NCBI GenBank assembly: GCA_029838215.1
Contig: JALGVI010000040.1
Span: forward strand, 1 to 27,626
Source: Candidatus Helarchaeota archaeon
GTDB lineage: Archaea; Asgardarchaeota; Lokiarchaeia; Helarchaeales; RDOG01
Direction of reading: 5' to 3'
DNA: 27,626 bases
A program made the position numbers and the translations under genes. Under the pieces are notes generated by a model. The model saw only the letters and a program-made list of their open reading frames with translations. It made no database searches and had not been told where the DNA came from. Positions 1-7,958 of this stretch are shown here, in pieces; position 1 is the stretch's first letter; each line of letters begins with the position of its first letter.

Positions 1-85
1 CCGATCTCATGAGAAACGTGTTAGAACTCGCCGTACTTGAACCCGCGTGTCATCTCCGTATTTCTCCCCTTTATCAATGTCCAAC

Positions 86-104
86 TTTTTATAGGGTTTC
101 GCGC
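86..104 (-). promoter_or_regulatory. Archaeal BRE + TATA promoter firing leftwards out of the window
   Basis: The minus strand reads GCGCGAAACCC-TATAAAAA (TATA at 93-86). The spacing puts the start near the GGGGAG at ~63-69. Confidence 0.5.
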
Positions 105-262
105 ACTAGTTAATAACAACGATATCTTTTCCTTTGCAAAAAGCGAGTCCTGTTTACCAAAAAATTAACTAATTGCATTTAAGAACGATGGTCGCGCTCA
201 TATAATCATATATTTACATGCAATTCACTCTTGGATTTCAAAAATTGATGGAATGAAAAACA

Positions 263-1167
263 ATGAAAAAGTATGTTGTTGTCGGATTAGCAGCATTCTT
301 TTCCATCTTATTAATTGGAGCGATCAGCGTCAATACCGTTGTAGCGAGCACTGCACCACAATGGCTCCCTGAAAACGAAGATATTTCTGACTGGGTGATT
401 CTCAAAATTCCAGTCATCTTGATTTCGCTGCCGTAGTTTTAATGATCGATTTGGGCAAGGCATACTGGAACTTTCTCCTTACTGCACAACAGGCAAGCGC
501 GCTTACAAATGGAGAGATCACTGAAGCATCGACCGTATGGACTTTATTCGTTTGGTCACTTAACAAGATTGTTGACGATCAAGGACTTAATTTCAACGTT
601 ACTGAAATGACCGATCCTGGATACGATTATGGTGTTCTTATTAACGGAACAGATCAAACCGGAAGATACATTGACCTGATGATTGCCACGGAAGGAACGG
701 GGCTTAGCGTCGGTCTTGCAGTGGAGATAAATAGCACCATAGAAGAAGATTTTATAAACTTGGGAATTGCCAATATGACCGATGCGGGTTACGATATTCT
801 TTGGGCAAATGGTGAGTGGCAGGCATTCATGTGGATCTGGGCAATTTTAATGATTCACATTACGGTCTGGCAGGCAATAATCTCGATCGTTGTCATCTGG
901 GCAATGCTGGGACAAATTTTTCCATCATCTTCATCACTCGCAGGAACGCCTTTATCTGCAGCAGCTGACACGAATCAAACCAAGCTATCCTCTGTTGTAG
1001 GGAATATCACTGCAGTAGCAGCTGCGAATGGTTTTGGACAGGGTCAAACAGGATCATTACCTACGATGGTCCCAGGATTTGAGTTACTTTTAGTTCTCCT
1101 TCCGATTGGTCTCGTTGTCATAGGTTACATCCTTTATAAGAGGAAAAGAATTCAATACATTCCCTAA
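263..1167 (+). CDS. Exported surface glycoprotein with signal peptide and PGF/Loki-CTERM-type sorting signal; interrupted by a 1-nt frameshift near 404-407
   Basis: ATG 263 gives MKKYVVVGLAAFFSILLIGAISVNTVVA (signal peptide) but stops at 434-436. Adding one A to the A4 run at 404-407 joins it to ORF 442-1167 (905+1 nt = 302 codons). The C-terminus is VPGF + TM helix + KRKR, and there are at least six N-x-S/T sequons. Confidence 0.7.
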
Positions 1168-1205
1168 TCTTTTTTCTTTTTTCTTGACTTGCATGTAAAA
1201 AAAAG
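1168..1205. terminator. Convergent oligo-T terminators
   Basis: A T-tract at 1168-1185 on + and an A8 run at 1197-1204 (T8 on -) lie between two convergent stop codons. Confidence 0.55.
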
Positions 1206-1208
1206 GAT

Positions 1209-2426
1209 TTATTTTGAAGTTGGTTCGATTTCTCGCATGAATAACGTCAAAACCAAACCAATTCCAAATATGATTGCAATAATGGTCATGTCAAAAGCCA
1301 ACATCAGGACGATTCCTCCGATTTGACCGATGAACATGAGCAAGCCGTTTGACGTGCCTTCAGGGACGGGATGTGTTTTTTCCGTGGCATAAGTCAGTCC
1401 AATTGGAAGTGCCGACACGAGAAGAAATCCGAAGACGAATGCAATTATGATTAATGGAATCAGGAATGGGAGCCAAGCAAGCAATAGCGTTAGCGGGATT
1501 GCCGAGCCCGTGGCAATAATTAGAAATATTCGACGTTTTTGATATTTGTCCGACAATGCTGAGAGAATTATTGACCCGCAAATGCCGCCCACGATCATCA
1601 TGCCGCCGATCAATCCCGAATTTATGGGAGTCATTATATCTATTGGACGCAAGATGCCAAAAATCAAATCGACATAACTTAAAATCGCATTAAACGCGCC
1701 CAAACCGATCAAGATCAAGAAAAACAGCAGTATGAAATCGCGATTTTTGAATAGGTCCTTTATTCCTTGAAGCATCAATGTTTTTTCTTCTGCAGCATGA
1801 GGGCTGGGAGGCGTTTCCGGCTTATCTTTTACGAATGCAATGTAGAGACCCATGAAGACTAACGACATGATTCCGTAAATGAATAAAATCGTGGTCACGC
1901 CTAAAGAAAGAAGACCTGCAATCTTAAACGGTAGGATTAAAACTGGTGTCAGAAAGTTAGCAATGATCAGACCGACAAACATCGACATTGTTCCTAGCCC
2001 TGTTGCCAATGTCTTTTCGCTTTCAGGAAACCAATTGGCTGATACTTTCGTGAATGAGTTTAGAACAAATGGTTGACCCGCCGCGCAACCAATTTGGAAA
2101 ACGATTAGCATGGGAAAATTTATGGCGAAAGCACGCAAGAAACCGAAAACACCTGTTATTATAACTCCAATCCCAGTCCCCCATTTCAATCCAAGCTTGT
2201 CGATGCACCAAGATGCCGGGAATGTAACGGGTAAATAAACGATCATGAAGACCAGAGATAACAGGAGAACTAAGTCAGCACTTCCACCCGTGTAAATCAA
2301 AGAAACATCTATCGTGATCGGAGCAAACGTGAGCCATAGTATCTGAGTCATCATCCCCATGAACATGAAGAGAATCAAGACGATCCAACGGTAAGAAGAT
2401 ACTTTAGTCGTGATACTTTCACTCAA
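1209..2426 (-). CDS. MFS transporter, FLVCR/SLC49-like
   Basis: About 12 TM segments. N-terminal YRWIVLILF..QILWLTFAPI, MFS motif-A-like loops (IDKLGLK, LSDKYQKRR), WFPESEKTLAT, and a TTG start with an AGGAGG RBS. Confidence 0.85.
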   Translation of the reverse strand: MSESITTKVSSYRWIVLILFMFMGMMTQILWLTFAPITIDVSLIYTGGSADLVLLLSLVFMIVYLPVTFPASWCIDKLGLKWGTGIGVIITGVFGFLRAFAINFPMLIVFQIGCAAGQPFVLNSFTKVSANWFPESEKTLATGLGTMSMFVGLIIANFLTPVLILPFKIAGLLSLGVTTILFIYGIMSLVFMGLYIAFVKDKPETPPSPHAAEEKTLMLQGIKDLFKNRDFILLFFLILIGLGAFNAILSYVDLIFGILRPIDIMTPINSGLIGGMMIVGGICGSIILSALSDKYQKRRIFLIIATGSAIPLTLLLAWLPFLIPLIIIAFVFGFLLVSALPIGLTYATEKTHPVPEGTSNGLLMFIGQIGGIVLMLAFDMTIIAIIFGIGLVLTLFMREIEPTSK

Positions 2427-2509
2427 AAAAAAACCTCCTAAAGCATGTTTTTAGGTAAAAAATAGCTGATTTGTCACAATTAAAATATTATCGTGGAAAA
2501 TAAAAAAAT

Positions 2510-3553
2510 TCATTCGATTGTCGGAAATCGTATGTCCAAATCCTTTGCTCGAACGTGGTCGTATCGTCCCGTGATTCCGAGTTTTCCTTCGTGATCGACT
2601 TGGCGTGCCATCATTCCATAGGGCGTTCCATTTTTTATTCCTTCCGTGATGAAAGTGTGTCGCAATGAATGGAAAGTTCGCTCTTTTTTCTCGATCTGTG
2701 CGTCTTCTAATGCTTTCATCAGGATTCGATTCATTGAGGTGATGGAGAGCGGTCCTCCTTTGGTTCGCGAAGTGAATACAAGAGGGGACGTTGAAGGTGA
2801 GCTATTGATGAATTCTTTTAATTCCAGACAGGTTTTCTTTTCGATTCGCACTTGGATCTTGTTTCTATCGCCTTGTCCACGTTCTGTTTTTCCCTTGCGG
2901 AGTAATTTGATGGTCGGAATGCACTCTTTGCAGTTTCCATCACAAGAAAAGCACTCGAGGTCTTTTTTTTCGAGTTTGCGAATTGCGGTATTCCGCGCAC
3001 CCGTTCCCACGGCACTTAGTTTCAGGATCAAATAATTACGTAATGACTGCTTTGGAAATCTTGGATGCGTGGAGTTTTTGGCATGAATCAAGATTTTTCT
3101 CAATTCGTCGATGCTGAAGGGGTGTTTTTCTTTTTTTATGGCCTTCACGCGATCGATCGTGAGTATCTCCTCCAATTCTTCGATTTGGTTTCGTAGTTGA
3201 GTGATGGCTTCCGGGTTCCGAGCCTGGCGTTTCATGCGACGTAATGTCCTGCGTTTCTTATTGACCATGAACTTCACGAATGTTTTTATTGCGGAGAGAC
3301 GTCGATTAATCGTGGATCCCGAACAGTTCCTACCCCTTAATGTTGCAACGTAATCTTCAACGTCTTCAACCATCATGTCGTTAAAATCCGAAAACGAAGA
3401 GTTGGCTTGGAAGTCTAAAAGGTCATAAGAATAGTTGCGAAGAAGTGATTCCGACTTTCCCTCTTCTCGTTTTTTCTTGAGAAATTCTTCCAACACGGGA
3501 TGTTCAATTACGCCTTCAAGAGTCGTGATTGGGGTTTTCCTTGCAAGATCCAT
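2510..3553 (-). CDS. Tyrosine recombinase/integrase (XerA/XerC-like) with Cys4 insertion
   Basis: Numbering from ORF-track start 3559: core-binding domain (STINRRLSAIKTFVKF) and catalytic R189 (TGARN), K222/224, H297-x-x-R300 (HSLRHTF), H323, Y333. GAGG RBS 7 nt before ATG 3553. Confidence 0.88.
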   Translation of the reverse strand: MDLARKTPITTLEGVIEHPVLEEFLKKKREEGKSESLLRNYSYDLLDFQANSSFSDFNDMMVEDVEDYVATLRGRNCSGSTINRRLSAIKTFVKFMVNKKRRTLRRMKRQARNPEAITQLRNQIEELEEILTIDRVKAIKKEKHPFSIDELRKILIHAKNSTHPRFPKQSLRNYLILKLSAVGTGARNTAIRKLEKKDLECFSCDGNCKECIPTIKLLRKGKTERGQGDRNKIQVRIEKKTCLELKEFINSSPSTSPLVFTSRTKGGPLSITSMNRILMKALEDAQIEKKERTFHSLRHTFITEGIKNGTPYGMMARQVDHEGKLGITGRYDHVRAKDLDIRFPTIE

Positions 3554-3677
3554 GATCAAACCTCAAAACTAGAATTAAGAAAACAAATCACGCAACATTA
3601 TTTTATAGTAGACGTCATCCACGTATTCTTCTGGAAATACTAAAAAAATGGAAAAAAAGGGAGATGGATTGCGGTAT

Positions 3678-4346
3678 TTATTGGGATTTTGAGGTAATTT
3701 TTATTTCTTTTTCTTTCTCAATTTTAAAAGTCTTGACGATTTCTACGGTAACCGTAATTTCAATTGAGGTACTTTCATCTGGATCCAGAGAAACGGACCA
3801 ATGGTATTCCGGTAAATCAACCTTGATCGGTTCGGGCTTTGAAGAAGTATATCTAACTTGCTTAACTTCGATAAAAATGATCTTGCAATTCTCCATGCGG
3901 CGATTCGACTCGTTCTTTATCGTAATTTTGCGCCTGATCACGTCTTTTCTCGTCCGAGTTTCAATTTCTTTAATCTTCGGATCCGGAAATTCGGGTGGTT
4001 CTCTTTTAATTTCTTCCTTTCCCCTGTCTACTTTTACGAGCTGATCCGTGATGGTGATTGACGTGTCGGTCAGTTTTTCGGAGGTAATTTTTTCTCCAAT
4101 GGAGCCGGGCGTTTTGGTGAAAAGAGTGGGCAAGCCATATTCCAATAGAATTAAATCTGTCTGCGGTATCTCCTTGGATACATTTTTAAATACGTATTGT
4201 TGCTTGCCAACATGTTCTAATTTATCTGATTGTGCCCTACTCACAGAATATTTTATTTCTACTTCTCGCTCAATCTCGTATGGAATATTCTTGAGGGTAA
4301 ACCATTCCAAGCGAATTTTCTTTCGCGGTTGCAACGATGCTTTCAT
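3678..4346 (-). CDS. DUF4139 family C-terminal half (beta-sandwich)
   Basis: The ITIKN...SSKPEP...YHWSVSLDPDESTSIEITV pattern is typical of DUF4139 C-termini. It has its own GAGGTGA RBS and follows a DUF4140-like gene. Confidence 0.6.
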   Translation of the reverse strand: MKASLQPRKKIRLEWFTLKNIPYEIEREVEIKYSVSRAQSDKLEHVGKQQYVFKNVSKEIPQTDLILLEYGLPTLFTKTPGSIGEKITSEKLTDTSITITDQLVKVDRGKEEIKREPPEFPDPKIKEIETRTRKDVIRRKITIKNESNRRMENCKIIFIEVKQVRYTSSKPEPIKVDLPEYHWSVSLDPDESTSIEITVTVEIVKTFKIEKEKEIKITSKSQ

Positions 4347-4357
4347 CTTTTTTCACC

Positions 4358-5083
4358 TCACTTGACAACCCGTTTTAGTCGTTTTAATTGTTGGAGCACG
4401 TTCTTGCGAACGGCTACAGGAGCCTGAACCATTGATTGAATGTTTTGCACCTCTTGTTCGGGTAAGAGCATGCTCGGTTGATATTCAATCGGCGTTGTTG
4501 CAAGTTCAAATTCCGCAAACTCAAGTTCAACATTCTCAAATAGAAAGTCTGAATTGTTATTAACATTTATGTAACCGATAATGTTTGCAGTCTTATTTTT
4601 CTCATCAAGATCCACCTGCAAGGTCGGAGTCCACCTGATTCTCGGATCGAGTATGAAATACTTGATCGTGATGTCGATCTCATCTTCGATTTCGCTTTTT
4701 ACGATGATGTTCAATTCACCGTACATGTCTTCGTATTGCCTGTAATATGCTGATTCGCAGATGTTCAATATCTTGTGGCGGGACTCGGCTCTTAAATCGG
4801 TTGCATTCGTGATGATATTATCCGAAGCCGTCCGTTCTCTGTTAATTACCATTTCAACCGTTTTTTTATCGGGCAACTTCACGCTTAGTTGGACTAATTT
4901 GACTTTTTCGGGCTGTCCCGTTTTTATTTCCACGGTTGTCGTGTCGGGATCAAAACTGGCAGGAACTTCCAGAACCTCAAAGACGTTTTTACCCGGAACG
5001 GCTTTCATTTTTTGTTGGCGAACGACCAGTCCTCCACCACCAGAGAAAATAATTGCTCTCGTTATCGGGGGATTTATTTTCAT
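4358..5083 (-). CDS. DUF4140/DUF4139 family N-terminal half
   Basis: ITRAIIFSGGGGLVVR...GKNVFEVLEVPASFDPDT (DUF4140-like), then ITIKYF...RWTPTLQVDLDE...INVNNNSDFLFENVEL (DUF4139 start). ATG 5083 has an AGGAG RBS, so it is preferred over 5131. Confidence 0.65.
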   Translation of the reverse strand: MKINPPITRAIIFSGGGGLVVRQQKMKAVPGKNVFEVLEVPASFDPDTTTVEIKTGQPEKVKLVQLSVKLPDKKTVEMVINRERTASDNIITNATDLRAESRHKILNICESAYYRQYEDMYGELNIIVKSEIEDEIDITIKYFILDPRIRWTPTLQVDLDEKNKTANIIGYINVNNNSDFLFENVELEFAEFELATTPIEYQPSMLLPEQEVQNIQSMVQAPVAVRKNVLQQLKRLKRVVK

Positions 5084-5210
5084 TTGGATTCGCTCCTTTA
5101 ATATAAATAATAGAACTGTATAAGATCTCATCGTTCATGGTATTTGAATATAAACATGTTCGGTTGAAAATTCAAAATATTTGTAAGATATAATTACTTA
5201 GAAACATCTG

Positions 5211-6041
5211 TTGGTGAGAATAATGAACATATATTTTATTTATAGTGGCGAGATCCACGAAAGATTCATCGAAAATTTAGTTAATGCAAACAAGTTCTGC
5301 ATCTCTTGCGAGCCTTTTTGTGATGAGTGTCGACTTGAGTATGGATCTTTTGTTGACGATATTGTTGGCGTCCATCAAATTGCGGAGGATCTCCCTGACT
5401 TCATAGAAGAACCCGAAGAATTTCTACCAACGACCATGCCTGAAACAGACGTGGTGGTTGCAATAAATATTCATGCTGACATTCTCACTAGTCTTCCTGA
5501 TTTCCTCGAAAAATTCAACATTCAGGGCGTTATCATTCCCATTGAAGATGGTGCATGGGTTCCGCTAGGGCTTCAAAAGCAAGTAGAAACGGAGCTAAAG
5601 GAAAAAGGCATACAATATGCATTTCCTCGTCCGTTTTGCACGTTAGAATTCACGGGGCAACCTGTCATTGACCAATTTATCGACCGATATAAAATTGGAC
5701 GACCGAAAGTAGAATTAATTGTCAAAGATGGGAAGATCGTAAAGGGCAAGGTCATCCGTTCTTCGCCCTGTGGTTGTGCATGGTATCTCGTTCGACAATT
5801 GGTTAGATTTGAAGAGCCTCTAGATGATACATTGAACGAAAAAATTAGCAAGGCTCACCACTCCTATCCCTGTAACGCAAGCATGAAGATTGATCCCGTT
5901 ATTAAAGAAACTCCTCTTCACGAGGCTGGATACATTCATCGTTTCTGCGTCTATGAAGGCATTCGAGCCGACAAGGAATACGAAATTCTTGAACAGGAAT
6001 CAAAACATGCACGAGAACAAATTCATTCAGAACTTCAATAA
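5211..6041 (+). CDS. DUF166 / COG1810 family protein (common in methanogen-like archaea)
   Basis: CxxCxxxCxxCR N-terminal motif, LPDFIEEPEEFLP, FPRPFC, RSSPCGCAWY, HHSYPCNASMKIDP, PLHEAGY. Confidence 0.75.
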   Translation: MVRIMNIYFIYSGEIHERFIENLVNANKFCISCEPFCDECRLEYGSFVDDIVGVHQIAEDLPDFIEEPEEFLPTTMPETDVVVAINIHADILTSLPDFLEKFNIQGVIIPIEDGAWVPLGLQKQVETELKEKGIQYAFPRPFCTLEFTGQPVIDQFIDRYKIGRPKVELIVKDGKIVKGKVIRSSPCGCAWYLVRQLVRFEEPLDDTLNEKISKAHHSYPCNASMKIDPVIKETPLHEAGYIHRFCVYEGIRADKEYEILEQESKHAREQIHSELQ

Positions 6042-6217
6042 TGAAACCATGATTCAACTCCTTTCTTACATGAAGGAGCGGATATACAACTGATTTTATA
6101 TCGTAATGAAAAATTTACAAAAACCTTTTATTTCTTTTTTTATACTTCAATATAACTAACTGTTTATTGGTGATTTTAAAAGACTTTCTTCTTTAATCCT
6201 TAAGGAGATTATTTAAA

Positions 6218-6760
6218 ATGGATCTTTCTAAGCTAATATATAAGTATTTCTTTATTGTATCTGGCACATTGATTATCTTGGCAATAGTTTTGACAATGTT
6301 TACTCCAACCGTCTTCAGCTTCGATATTGATAGCAATTGGATCCGATATTCCACGCTGTTTAGTTCATTTCGCATCGACACTTCAACGCTTGAATTGACC
6401 ATTCATCCCATTCTTGAACTTGGTGCTGACTTTCCTCTTGATCCGATATGTGCATTTTCCGCAGCAATTTTTTGTCTTGTCGGTGGTGCCTTGCAAGTAG
6501 TTTCTGCTTTTACAACTTCAAAAGTGACATTAACGAAAATATTCCGTATTGCTGGTTTGAGTGCCGGTTGTCTTGGAATCGTGCAAGCAACGACCGTGCT
6601 CTGTGCTAATAGCTTGACTATTTTTCCGTTACAATTAAGTCTAAACGATTTCTTTTCAATGGTCAATGCAATCCCGCTTGCAGGATTCTGGATTGGAATT
6701 ATAGGTGCCATTCTCGGCGTCGTTTCAATGAAATTAACAAATTGGGAAGATTTAGGTTGA
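6218..6760 (+). CDS. 4-TM membrane protein, claudin-like topology
   Basis: Four hydrophobic helices, a long beta-rich first loop, and GFWIGIIGA at TM4. AAGGAG RBS upstream. Confidence 0.6.
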   Translation: MDLSKLIYKYFFIVSGTLIILAIVLTMFTPTVFSFDIDSNWIRYSTLFSSFRIDTSTLELTIHPILELGADFPLDPICAFSAAIFCLVGGALQVVSAFTTSKVTLTKIFRIAGLSAGCLGIVQATTVLCANSLTIFPLQLSLNDFFSMVNAIPLAGFWIGIIGAILGVVSMKLTNWEDLG

Positions 6761-6773
6761 AGGTGATGGTTTA

Positions 6774-7316
6774 ATGTCGTTTCTAAAAGATCGTATTTAT
6801 ATTATATGTGGTGCTGTAATCCTCGTCGCCATAATGTTACTCCCTTGGCTTTTTTACATTCGGACTGAGATCGCAAACCCGGCTAATATTCGGTTATATG
6901 TTTGTTGGATATTTTTCGTGTATTATTTCAACCCTACAAACACACCTCCTGTGGAAATCACGTTGTTTTTTGATTTCTATGAATGGACCTCTGTTGTCAT
7001 AATTTTATGCTATCTCTTGGCATTTATTGGCTCGACCGCGCTAATTGCAGGTGGCATATTGCCGACAAATATAAAGTTGGTGCGTTTCATTATCTTGATC
7101 GCCGGCTTTACATTGGTTTTCTTTGGACTTATTCTTGATCGGTTCTTCATTGCCGCGTATATCACTGATACAGTGGGAGTACCATTTTTCATTCAAATTT
7201 ATTCTTCTTCAACGTATAATTACCTGTGGGTAATGGGACCTGGATATATCGTGAGTATTGCAGCAGCTAGTTTTGGTGCCGCCGTTTTCGTTCTTCAAGG
7301 ACGAAACCTAAAATAA
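6774..7316 (+). CDS. 4-TM membrane protein, claudin-like topology (tandem partner)
   Basis: Four TM helices, LLPW after TM1, GPGYIVSIAAA entering TM4, and a GGTGA RBS. Same length as the upstream gene (180 aa). Confidence 0.6.
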   Translation: MSFLKDRIYIICGAVILVAIMLLPWLFYIRTEIANPANIRLYVCWIFFVYYFNPTNTPPVEITLFFDFYEWTSVVIILCYLLAFIGSTALIAGGILPTNIKLVRFIILIAGFTLVFFGLILDRFFIAAYITDTVGVPFFIQIYSSSTYNYLWVMGPGYIVSIAAASFGAAVFVLQGRNLK

Positions 7317-7349
7317 TCTTTTTATTTTTTTTTTGGGATATTTTTACAA

Positions 7350-7958
7350 ATGAATGAATCGAAAACAGGATCGGAGCAGGAAGATCTAATGAAAACCAAA
7401 AAACTGGCAAGGCTTATTGTAAAGCAAAAAAAGATGATTTTTGATCAATGGGAATGTTTAGTTTGTGGCTTTTGCTGCACTCGTTTCCGCTTCGGTATGA
7501 AAGGGGATGATTTGGAACGGTGGGATGGATTAATTGTCGATTCTAATATTGGTCGTTATCCATTGAGAGATTTCGTGAATTTTGATTCGCACGTGTATTC
7601 GAAAATGGGAGATCTTTTTTTCCATCCCGAAACAAAGGAGTGGTTATTTCCATGTCCATTTCTAGGTGAACAGGACGGAAAGCATCCCTGTCTCATTCAC
7701 GACTCAAGAATAAAGCCAAATGTCTGCAAGGACTGGCACTCGACCTTGATAGATCTACGATGTCGAGCAACGCGCCAAATTGTAAAAAGGAAATTCGGTT
7801 TAAAATTTAAAGATGAAGACGAAGAATATCAATACTTCAAGCAACTCAATGTTCACGTCCAGCAGTTTCAGCATGAGCAATTATTCGGACTATCCTTAAA
7901 AATTCTCTTGGATCTATGCAAAAATCCCGAGATCTTGCAGGATAAATCAAGTCGTTAG
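7350..7958 (+). CDS. YkgJ/UPF0153 family CxxCxxCC metal (Fe-S/Zn) binding protein
   Basis: CLVCGFCC, CPFL, CLIH..KPNVCKDW cysteine pattern. Confidence 0.8.
   Translation: MNESKTGSEQEDLMKTKKLARLIVKQKKMIFDQWECLVCGFCCTRFRFGMKGDDLERWDGLIVDSNIGRYPLRDFVNFDSHVYSKMGDLFFHPETKEWLFPCPFLGEQDGKHPCLIHDSRIKPNVCKDWHSTLIDLRCRATRQIVKRKFGLKFKDEDEEYQYFKQLNVHVQQFQHEQLFGLSLKILLDLCKNPEILQDKSSR

Noticed and set aside
20-69. GGGTTCAAGT T-loop-like sequence suggesting a tRNA on the minus strand
   Set aside because: The flanking bases do not form a T-stem and no cloverleaf can be drawn.
4347-4357. DUF4139 split as a sequencing frameshift or nonsense error
   Set aside because: A clean TGA followed by a GGTGA RBS and a correctly spaced ATG indicates two real genes.
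5186-5209. AGATATAAT...ACATCT resembling an archaeal dif half-site near the recombinase
   Set aside because: The spacing is 2 nt too long, the right arm is poor, and it coincides with the expected TATA region of the DUF166 gene.
6049-6084. AUGA...CTCCTT/AAGGAG...GA hairpin after DUF166, considered as a SECIS element
   Set aside because: The helix geometry is wrong, there is no apical AA motif, and no neighbouring gene has an in-frame UGA at a Cys position.
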